The notes under the pieces were generated by a model that was not told the DNA's origin, did not search any database, and worked only from the letters and a program-made list of their open reading frames with translations. From IMG/VR virus record IMGVR_UViG_2695420792_000010, positions 1 through 13,579 of that record: a DNA stretch of 13,579 bases; one strand, 5' to 3'. Each line of letters starts with the position of its first letter. Positions within the stretch are counted from its first letter, which is position 1. Shown in pieces: positions 6,714 to 13,202 of this stretch. The translations under genes and the position numbers were made by a program. Origin of the DNA: a virus (Duplodnaviria; Heunggongvirae; Uroviricota; Caudoviricetes).

Positions 6714-7270
6714 AGCCTGCTTCTCCTTGCCTTTCGGCACGTAAGAGGCTAACCTACATTTGTGAGACATAGATTGGGCCTCAGATTAATGTTAAGCGTC
6801 TTGCAGGACGCGTAATGTTAACTGGGGCTTTTCTCTATCTGCCTTTTGGTGTTCATGCCTGAGGCAGATAGCCTCAAGCACCCGCAGCAATTCTAACTAT
6901 CCAATAGATCAATGCCAACTTCTTTTCCTGCAACATCTCTCATCATAAGTGACCAAAATTCATCCAATCAGCACAAAAGAAACATTTAAAGCGTGAATGC
7001 TACCGAACGTTCATTTCAATTACATCGTTTTGATTTTTAACAGTTTTTACCTCAACAAATCAAATGGCATTAGCATTCATCATGGAAGAAAGACTGATAA
7101 AAATGATCATTTTCAATGACTTATGATCACACCGGGTATTGCCAAGTCATTCCTTTTACGCCAGGATACCCACAAGTGAGTAGTCGAGGAGAGTTTGCCA
7201 ATTTTTGCGATATAAATTTCAATGTCCGAAGAACCATTAATTGTTAATTGATTCTGTATAAGGTATTAAC

Positions 7271-8368
7271 ATGACAATTTCATATATTCCTATTCTGAAA
7301 GCGAAACGTTCTGAGTTATCAGCTTTATCGCAGCTATTCATTGAAAAGAAATCAAAAATTTTGCCATTACTCGAAATTGAACCAGTGCCAATTGACCCTG
7401 ATTCAGGTATTGCCTTAAAGAGTTATAACGAGACTCTTATAGAGTTCGGAAAGAAAGTCTCAAAATCTTGCTCAGATATGCAAGGTGTTTATATTGATGG
7501 ATTATTAATTGAAGAGCATTTTATTTCTCCTGAAGATCATTACCCTATAATAAATGCGGTTAATCAAGTTAGAGATATGGGGATAAGAGTTATTCCTGTC
7601 AGTTCACCAACTCGCCCATCTAACTATAAAAGAGCGATTGATGAATTAATGCAGAATGAAATATGCTTGAGATTAACCACGTTAGATCTGGTTAACCCAC
7701 AATTAATAACGCATTACATTAATCATCTGGGAATTCCTTTATCAAATATTGATATAATTATTGACTTAAGAGATGAGTTAACCGAGGATAAACTTAATTC
7801 CGGCGAACTATATACTTTGGCAATGGGATTGATAAACAATCTGGCGCACCTCAATGAATACAGAAAAGTGATTCTTTCTGGGGGTTCATTTCCTACAGAT
7901 CTCAGTGATATTTCTGTTGGTCTATATTCTCAACCTCGAATCGAGTGGATTTTATGGCAGAGTTTAATGAATAGAAAAGAACTTGCCAGAAATGTGATTT
8001 ATAGTGATTATGGAGTACAGCACCCCGACTTTAATAGGCTTTCGACGCGATTCCCTAGCGTATCTGCCAGCGTCAGATACTCTGGAGATAATGACTTTTG
8101 GGTATTTCGAGGAAGAGTAGCTAATCGCTTTGGTTATGAACAATATGGTAAACATAGTGAGGATATTCTTGCTCATCGAGAATATTCAGGGCCTACATTC
8201 TGTGCGGGAGATAGAGACATAGAATATTATGCAAACGAGTATCAAGCCTACAAAGCCAATCCCTCTGGTAACTATAAATTTGGTAGCCCAGAGGTATGGC
8301 GTAGGATTGGGCAAAACCATCACATAACTAAGGTTGTTGAGCAACTCGCCACTCTTTACGGGCTTTAA
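7271..8368 (+). CDS. Uncharacterised 365-aa protein, first gene of the AT-rich convergent cassette (possibly the database family annotated as 'beta protein / sce7725')
   Basis: Clean ATG at 7271 with AAGG 9 nt upstream; stop TAA 8366-8368; uninterrupted 365 codons; strongly AT-rich, unlike the flanking phage genes. The N-terminal pattern MTISYIPILKAKRSELSAL reminds me of the 'beta protein' family, but this is unverified. Confidence 0.7.
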   Translation: MTISYIPILKAKRSELSALSQLFIEKKSKILPLLEIEPVPIDPDSGIALKSYNETLIEFGKKVSKSCSDMQGVYIDGLLIEEHFISPEDHYPIINAVNQVRDMGIRVIPVSSPTRPSNYKRAIDELMQNEICLRLTTLDLVNPQLITHYINHLGIPLSNIDIIIDLRDELTEDKLNSGELYTLAMGLINNLAHLNEYRKVILSGGSFPTDLSDISVGLYSQPRIEWILWQSLMNRKELARNVIYSDYGVQHPDFNRLSTRFPSVSASVRYSGDNDFWVFRGRVANRFGYEQYGKHSEDILAHREYSGPTFCAGDRDIEYYANEYQAYKANPSGNYKFGSPEVWRRIGQNHHITKVVEQLATLYGL

Positions 8369-8906
8369 GTTTAACTCGAACAGCTTCACGAAGCTCGCCA
8401 ACATCCATACTATTGGCGAGTTTTGACCATAAGACGCGTTTAGGTTTATTTTTCAAATTCTGTAGCTCCCCTACATCACTTAATAGGGAAAGCAATTCAT
8501 CTTTCCAAAGAAGCATTGTTAAGGAAAGTTTGTCCACTTGTGGATTCAACTTGCTAGTTCGAATTGTTTTTAAATGGATACCTTGCCGTGCACCTTGCGT
8601 AACTTGCTTTATCCCCCACCATGATGGAACTATGCTTAAAGCATCATAAAGATGGCAATCAGAGACAACCAAAGTTACTTTATCCATCACTGATGAGTAA
8701 TGTTGCACCTGCGCTGGTAATCTGAGCAAGTTATCACTCTTGCTCTTCAACTCATAACCATGTATAAGCCCATTGATCACTGCTATATCAGCTCTGCTAG
8801 CCCCTAGATTCATCGTAAACTCATCAATGATTAGGGTGTCAGGATCTTTATGATGATCTCTCAGAATCTTGGCATGCACAGCCTTTCTTACATCAATGTC
8901 TCTCAT
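8328..8906 (-). CDS. Uncharacterised 192-aa protein with N-terminal PD-(D/E)xK nuclease-like motif (possibly 'sce7726 family'), second gene of the AT-rich cassette
   Basis: ATG at 8906, stop TAG at 8328-8330. Motif LIIDEF...RADIAVINGLIHGYELKS fits the restriction-endonuclease fold pattern (D40 ... E52-x-K54, preceded by D28/E29). AT-rich. Weak Shine-Dalgarno. Confidence 0.7.
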   Translation of the reverse strand: MRDIDVRKAVHAKILRDHHKDPDTLIIDEFTMNLGASRADIAVINGLIHGYELKSKSDNLLRLPAQVQHYSSVMDKVTLVVSDCHLYDALSIVPSWWGIKQVTQGARQGIHLKTIRTSKLNPQVDKLSLTMLLWKDELLSLLSDVGELQNLKNKPKRVLWSKLANSMDVGELREAVRVKLKARKEWRVAQQP

Positions 8907-9211
8907 ACCATAGTTGCGCTTTCATCGACTCTCTCAAGCCATGATTCTATATCATGGTTCGCATGAATGCCATTTGATATGACCAGTGGTTAAACATTGC
9001 ACAGAAAAGTGGATGTGTATTTTAACAAAAGCAATGACGGCTAACCATGTTGGTATGTCGATAAAATGTTTCAACGTAAGCATTATCTGTTCCGCCCTTT
9101 CAGACGGCCTCCTGATGTTCTGAGGGTGCAGAATCCCTCCGGTTAAGGATTTAATAAAAATCGTTTCTGATTTAAATCTTCAGTATTTAGTTGTTAGTCG
9201 GTTTATAGCCT

Positions 9212-9523
9212 TTATGCTTCGGCCTTATTTCTCAGCCATACACAAACCGGGCCATCTTCGGTGTCATGTATTGAACCAATAAACCATCCATTGCCCTCTG
9301 GTCGTTCCGGTTCCCATGCAGAAATATCAGCATCACACGCATCAAGGTCAGCACATCCTTCATCTCTGAAGCAGAGGACGTATTGAAGATTATTTTCCTC
9401 CATCCAGGCGTTAGACTCTTCCGTTGAAATATATTCCCGACCGTCACAGAATTTCTCATATTCAGGATGTGCCCAGCAGCCATATTCATCACGTTCTACT
9501 GGTATTTCTTTAATTTCATTCAT
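9212..9523 (-). CDS. Hypothetical acidic phage protein (103 aa)
   Basis: ATG at 9523 with GGGAGA Shine-Dalgarno; start overlaps the stop of the upstream ORF by 8 nt; Cys/Asp/Glu-rich; family not recognised. Confidence 0.5.
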   Translation of the reverse strand: MNEIKEIPVERDEYGCWAHPEYEKFCDGREYISTEESNAWMEENNLQYVLCFRDEGCADLDACDADISAWEPERPEGNGWFIGSIHDTEDGPVCVWLRNKAEA

Positions 9524-9770
9524 TTCTGTTCTCCCACGTTTTCAGACTTTCACCACAGAACGGACAAAATGAAACCCGAACTGGTAATTTAGAAAATTCA
9601 CCGGAACGCAACATCACAAAATCAGGACCGCGAGTTAAACTCTCATTCCAGATTTTGTATATCAGCAGACCTTTTCGCATCGTGTATTCAGCATCATGCT
9701 CAAGGGACTTTGCCAGTGCTGCGCATGGTTCTATCTTGTTGCCATTAACCTGGCATTTTGATTCACTCAC
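9516..9770 (-). CDS. Hypothetical phage protein (84 aa) with C-terminal CPFCG zinc-ribbon-like motif
   Basis: GTG start at 9770 overlapping the upstream stop as GTGA (translational coupling); no internal ATG near the 5' end. Confidence 0.45.
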   Translation of the reverse strand: MSESKCQVNGNKIEPCAALAKSLEHDAEYTMRKGLLIYKIWNESLTRGPDFVMLRSGEFSKLPVRVSFCPFCGESLKTWENRNE

Positions 9771-10189
9771 CGCACCTCCTCCTCAAAATTCCCCTGATAA
9801 AACGCCAGTACGCGCTGCATAGCTTCACTCTTCCGGCACTCGCGACAGATTATGTTTAGGCGCCTGTCGTAGCGGCGTATTTCGCCGTCTGGTAACGACC
9901 AGATAAGGTCCGGATCAACTACTGCAGGTTTCTTCACCTTTGTCCTTGAGAGTTTTTTGCGGGCATTTTGCCAGTCCTTACGAGCCTGTTCAGACGGGAA
10001 TAACCCGTAACCAGAGTTGTATACATCGCCACTTGCAACCAGCTCTCTGGCGAGAACGCTGATCAGATATCTTGTCGCACCTGTTTTAGCTTCCAGTTGT
10101 CGTAACGTCTCGCGACCGCTCTGGCGCACAAGTTCGACCACCTGCCCTTTAATTTTTTCCCGCTCTTCCTGTGTAAAAACTTTTACCAC
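9767..10189 (-). CDS. Hypothetical basic phage protein (140 aa) downstream of the replication initiator
   Basis: GTG start at 10189 preceded by a perfect AAGGAGG Shine-Dalgarno; Lys/Arg-rich; CRECRK motif; family not recognised. Confidence 0.5.
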   Translation of the reverse strand: MVKVFTQEEREKIKGQVVELVRQSGRETLRQLEAKTGATRYLISVLARELVASGDVYNSGYGLFPSEQARKDWQNARKKLSRTKVKKPAVVDPDLIWSLPDGEIRRYDRRLNIICRECRKSEAMQRVLAFYQGNFEEEVR

Positions 10190-10229
10190 AAGTCCTCCTT
10201 AAAATTACCTCATGACCTGAAATCAACAC

Positions 10230-11300
10230 TTATCCCCTGAAACCAAGCGGAATTTCTGTATCAGGTTCAGAAATATGATTCACACAACGCTGGTTGTTCG
10301 TGCCGCTTACCGGGAGCAACCAGGGGTTCTCAAAATTCCGGTCCGGTCCAAAAAACGTCGTCGCTCGCTGAACAAATTCCGTTCCCGTTTTCCCGGTAGC
10401 CGCCAGGTATCTTGCGTAACGCCTCACGCCATCCAGCATGGCCTCTGGTGGCACCCCCTCGCGTAATCTGGCCTTCCAGGCACTGAAAGCGGATTTCTTC
10501 GGATTTGCCCCGGCACGCAACGGGTACTCCCGCCAGACCTGTTCGAACACATCCGGATAATCCACTCGTCCCACAGACTGCCCGGTTTTTTCCGGGACTA
10601 CCCGATCGGCTTCCCGCTGAATGGCGGAATCGGCTTCAGGCTGCTGCAGTTGGTGTGATTGCTCCGGCCTTGCGGTCATCACCTGCTGCACAGCGCCCGA
10701 ATCGGCTTTCAGCGCATACGCTGAATCGGCTTCCGGTGTCGTGCCTGCTGGCTGACCAGGATTGACGGTCTGAACATCCCCTGCCTGGTTCGTGGCATTT
10801 TTTACGCCATGGACCATAGTGTTTTGATCTTCTTGATCTGTATCTTTATCTGTATCTTTATCTGTCGTGACTTGTCGTGACATGTGCGTGACATTTCGTG
10901 ACGCGCCGTGACAATCGCCATTTTGTTCCCGCTTTCTTTCCCTCTCTCGCTGCGCCCTCTTGCGCTCTGCAGGAGATTTTGCGGTTTGCGAAATATTGCC
11001 GTTGTCCTCTTTAAGCACCTGGCGTTTTTCCCATCCAGTGATTAAATCACCATCAAGTACCCGCCCCTGCATCGTCTGCAAAATTGAATCAATTACCTCT
11101 TCTGTCACGTCGAGCGCACTTGCCAAATCTTCTGTCGTGACATCAATGTGACCTCGCGTGACATTTCGTGACGCGCTTACCAATAGGTGGATATACACTG
11201 CCATCACTGTTGCAATTGGCTGCCCTGACACCCTGGCAATTGTTCGCCACTTAGGGTCATTTGGCATGTCATGCCATAATCTGAGCCAGGCGTTAGCCAT
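10230..11300 (-). CDS. Phage replication initiator / replisome-organizer (O-like) protein containing the origin iterons
   Basis: ATG at 11300 preceded by AGAGGTGAG (a GTG two codons upstream at 11306 is the ORF-track start). N-terminus ANAWLRLWHDMPNDPKWRTIARVSGQPIATVMAVYIHLL resembles the phage replisome-organizer N-terminal domain (recollection). Internal direct-repeat arrays typical of an origin inside an O gene. Confidence 0.65.
   Translation of the reverse strand: MANAWLRLWHDMPNDPKWRTIARVSGQPIATVMAVYIHLLVSASRNVTRGHIDVTTEDLASALDVTEEVIDSILQTMQGRVLDGDLITGWEKRQVLKEDNGNISQTAKSPAERKRAQRERERKREQNGDCHGASRNVTHMSRQVTTDKDTDKDTDQEDQNTMVHGVKNATNQAGDVQTVNPGQPAGTTPEADSAYALKADSGAVQQVMTARPEQSHQLQQPEADSAIQREADRVVPEKTGQSVGRVDYPDVFEQVWREYPLRAGANPKKSAFSAWKARLREGVPPEAMLDGVRRYARYLAATGKTGTEFVQRATTFFGPDRNFENPWLLPVSGTNNQRCVNHISEPDTEIPLGFRG
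10839..10862. repeat. Tandem 12-bp AT-rich repeat (TGTATCTTTATC x2) adjacent to the iteron array, encoding DKDTDKDT in the O-like linker
   Basis: Exact tandem duplication at 10839-10850 and 10851-10862, preceded by TGATCT-TCT-TGATCT. Confidence 0.6.
10862..10912. repeat. Iteron array 1: five direct CGTGAC repeats at 10-11-bp spacing (candidate origin)
   Basis: CGTGAC at 10866, 10876, 10887, 10897 and 10907, roughly one helical turn apart, next to an AT-rich tract. Confidence 0.55.
11104..11172. repeat. Iteron array 2: (C/T)GTGAC repeats at about 10-bp spacing plus one inverted copy
   Basis: CGTGAC at 11136, 11157 and 11167; TGTGAC at 11147; inverted GTCACG at 11104-11109. The 21-bp string GCGTGACATTTCGTGACGCGC is identical at 10886-10906 and 11156-11176. 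Confidence 0.5.
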
Positions 11301-11371
11301 ACTCACCTCTTTTGATACCGAATCTTTTTACTCACAAATTGCCGGAAGTGATCTGGTATGAATATCGCGAG

Positions 11372-11797
11372 TCAATGCACAGCCACAATATTTCCTGCAG
11401 GGCCACCACGATTCATCTGGTTGAAACCAGCGATCGCCACTGCGACAAAATCATCAGCGTCTCTCACCAGTCGTTCCCGCGTCTCCACTAGTTCCCGAAA
11501 ATAGGCTGAGCTATGGCTGCGCATTCGGGCCACCAGCAGAGGCGGCATTGCTTTTTCGATAGCTGGTAACAACGCCTGAATTTTTTTAACCGCATCAGGG
11601 GTGTCTTTCTCCACCCAGCGGAAAATTTTCTGAGTATTGCGAGCCAGGGCTTCCGGATGGCTGTCGTCATACAGTTCCGGGAACGTCATTCCCAGCTCGA
11701 AATACGCTTTGGTAATTTTCGCAGCCGGTACTTTTTCGCCGTCCGGATGCGCCCAGGCATTCATCGCCATGCGGATATGTTCATGCTTGATTTTCAT
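11372..11797 (-). CDS. ydaT: YdaT-like protein (CII-position regulator / toxin YdaT family)
   Basis: 141 aa starting MKIKHEHIRMAMNAWAHPDGEK and ending ...NIVAVH, resembling Rac YdaT as recalled. ATG at 11797 preceded by AAGGGGGG. ORF-track start at 11869 lacks a Shine-Dalgarno and overlaps the cro-like gene. Confidence 0.7.
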   Translation of the reverse strand: MKIKHEHIRMAMNAWAHPDGEKVPAAKITKAYFELGMTFPELYDDSHPEALARNTQKIFRWVEKDTPDAVKKIQALLPAIEKAMPPLLVARMRSHSSAYFRELVETRERLVRDADDFVAVAIAGFNQMNRGGPAGNIVAVH

Positions 11798-12023
11798 GAA
11801 TCCCCCCTTGGTTAGAAGGCGGATTATGATCAGAACCGGGAATGACAACCGTCGGTATGTGTAACTCATATTTGAGCGCCCCGGCAGTGACTGCCTGAAT
11901 TAGCAACGCCCATTTCCACGGAACCTCTTCCCCCCACATGCTGACTGTGGTTTTTGACGTTCCTAGAGCTGCGGCTGTTTTAACAACTCCGCCAAAATAG
12001 CCTAATACTTCTGATTTTTTCAT
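11781..12023 (-). CDS. Cro-like small HTH regulator (DicC/YdaS family)
   Basis: 80 aa MKKSEVLGYFGGVVKTAAALGTSKTTVSMWGEEVP...; HTH-like segment; ATG at 12023 preceded by GGAG; divergent from the CI-like gene across an operator-bearing intergenic region. Confidence 0.7.
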   Translation of the reverse strand: MKKSEVLGYFGGVVKTAAALGTSKTTVSMWGEEVPWKWALLIQAVTAGALKYELHIPTVVIPGSDHNPPSNQGGIHENQA

Positions 12024-12045
12024 GAGTCGCTCCATAAAACTGAAC

Positions 12046-12081
12046 GCCAAAAGTTTAATAATCAAAACCAAAGAAAGTCAA
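12046..12081 (-). promoter_or_regulatory. pR-like promoter for the cro-like/ydaT/O operon
   Basis: Minus strand shows TTGACT (-35, complement of 12076-12081) with candidate -10 hexamers TATTAA or TTAAAC at 15-17-nt spacing; overlaps operator-like site 12053-12068. The -10 assignment is uncertain. Confidence 0.35.
12053..12068. promoter_or_regulatory. Operator-like 16-bp site GTTTAATAATCAAAAC (OR region)
   Basis: One of three related 16-bp sites with inverted ends GTTT.../...AAAC; shares AATCAAAAC with the site at 12099-12114. Confidence 0.4.
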
Positions 12082-12098
12082 GAAACAAAACCATCTGT

Positions 12099-12114
12099 GT
12101 TTTAAAATCAAAAC
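12099..12114. promoter_or_regulatory. Operator-like 16-bp site GTTTTAAAATCAAAAC abutting the CI-like start codon
   Basis: Site ends 1 nt before the ATG at 12115; inverted ends GTTTT/AAAAC. Confidence 0.4.
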
Positions 12115-12753
12115 ATGAGCAAGCAAACAATATCTGAACGCATAACCCAACGTATGCATGCGCTAAACCTGAAAGGCAAAGACCTTGTCAATGCCACTGG
12201 CGCATCAAAAGGCTCCGTAAGTCAATGGATGAACGGTGGAGGAGCGCCGTCCTCGCGTTACATAAGTTCACTGGCAAAAATATTGAAAGTAAACGAAAAT
12301 TGGCTTCTTAATGGAGGAGAGTTAAATACAGGTGATTCGCTTGATCTATCTTTACCGCCGATAAAAACGGTTCCGCTACTATCACTTCAGCAGGCAGCAA
12401 GCTGGAGTGATTATATGAAAAATTCCTCAATAACCTCTTGTGTGCAGCTTGTCGGAGAAATCCCGGCCAATACCTTTGCAGTTGTTCTAGAGAGTGACAG
12501 TATGTCAACATCTGGTGGGGGAGTTTCCATCCCAAATGGTTCAACAGTTTTTGTTGATCCCGATCGAACCGTACAACCAGGAAATATTGTCCTTGCCTTA
12601 CCCAAAGGGACCACAACACCTGTCATTCGTAAACTGGAGATAGAAGGGCCGGATATTCTTTTAGTCCCCACGAATCCTCGCTACCCTTCAATTATGCTGG
12701 ATGATCTATCTTGCATATTGGGCGTATGCTTTAAAATTCAACAAGATATTTAA
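12115..12753 (+). CDS. CI-like phage repressor (N-terminal XRE-type HTH plus C-terminal S24 LexA-like autopeptidase domain)
   Basis: 212 aa. HTH region KGKDLVNATGASKGSVSQWMNGG; S24 motifs ESDSMS (Ser nucleophile) and VIRKL (Lys). Divergent from the cro-like gene. No Shine-Dalgarno before the ATG (possibly leaderless, as for lambda cI from pRM). Confidence 0.85.
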   Translation: MSKQTISERITQRMHALNLKGKDLVNATGASKGSVSQWMNGGGAPSSRYISSLAKILKVNENWLLNGGELNTGDSLDLSLPPIKTVPLLSLQQAASWSDYMKNSSITSCVQLVGEIPANTFAVVLESDSMSTSGGGVSIPNGSTVFVDPDRTVQPGNIVLALPKGTTTPVIRKLEIEGPDILLVPTNPRYPSIMLDDLSCILGVCFKIQQDI

Positions 12754-12820
12754 CCGACCTCATCTATTTGATTAACTGTATGCCATCGTGGTGATGGCTT
12801 AACAGCTGCCTGCTTAAAAT

Positions 12821-12836
12821 GTTTTGATAAAAAAAC
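12821..12836. promoter_or_regulatory. Operator-like 16-bp site GTTTTGATAAAAAAAC (OL region) immediately upstream of the pL-like -35
   Basis: Same GTTTT...AAAAC inverted-end architecture as the OR sites; a related palindrome GAAAAGTTCATTTTTC (12845-12860) lies in the promoter spacer. Confidence 0.35.
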
Positions 12837-12837
12837 A

Positions 12838-12866
12838 TTGACCTGAAAAGTTCATTTTTCTAAACT
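12838..12866 (+). promoter_or_regulatory. pL-like promoter for the ydfA/ydfB/ydfC-like operon
   Basis: TTGACC (12838-12843), 17-nt spacer, TAAACT (12861-12866). Confidence 0.45.
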
Positions 12867-13045
12867 TCATTCATTCCCTCTCCCCACCCCACAGAATGCA
12901 GGGCAATACTTCGAGTTACCAGGCAGTGGTCAGGGGTTAAGTAGCCAGCCCGAGGCGTAAGAACATGACGGCAGGGTTCAACTTTAATAACTATGCAGCA
13001 GGTTTTTGTTCCGCTACCCCGGCGTTAAGGGGAAATGAGGTCAGC

Positions 13046-13201
13046 ATGGATACTATCGATCTTGACAACAGCGAATCTCTGGTATGTGGCGTGTTCCCCA
13101 ACCAGGACGGTACGTTCACCGCGATGACGTATACCAAAAGCAAAACGTTTAAAACCGAAAATGGTGCCCGTCGCTGGCTGGAAAGAAACTCAGGTGAGTG
13201 A
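13046..13201 (+). CDS. ydfA: YdfA-like small protein (DUF1391-type), 51 aa
   Basis: MDTIDLDNSESLVCGVFPNQDGTFTAMTYTKSKTFKTENGARRWLERNSGE; ATG at 13046 with GAGGT Shine-Dalgarno; the ORF-track upstream extension (start 12965) has no Shine-Dalgarno. Resembles Qin YdfA as recalled. Confidence 0.65.
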   Translation: MDTIDLDNSESLVCGVFPNQDGTFTAMTYTKSKTFKTENGARRWLERNSGE

Positions 13202-13202
13202 T

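Noticed and set aside
7964-8649. Minus-strand ORFs 7964..8176 and 8186..8404; plus-strand ORF 8413..8649
   Set aside because: Antisense within the two long cassette genes; AT-rich DNA gives chance ORFs.
9232-9492. 86-aa minus-strand ORF
   Set aside because: Alternative frame inside the 9212..9523 gene, which has the better start context.
10839-10912. Possible CRISPR array or VNTR from the short direct repeats
   Set aside because: Repeats are 6-12 bp at helical-turn spacing inside a coding region with no spacer-repeat architecture; they are better explained as origin iterons.
10017-11361. Plus-strand ORFs 10017..10202, 10275..10466, 10505..10765, 10960..11151 and 11158..11361
   Set aside because: Antisense to the O-like replication gene and its neighbour.
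11488-11864. Minus-strand ORF 11488..11670 and plus-strand ORF 11637..11864
   Set aside because: Alternative frame or antisense within the YdaT-like gene.
12308-12671. Minus-strand ORFs 12308..12619 and 12411..12671
   Set aside because: Antisense to the CI-like repressor gene, whose frame has clear HTH and S24 motifs.
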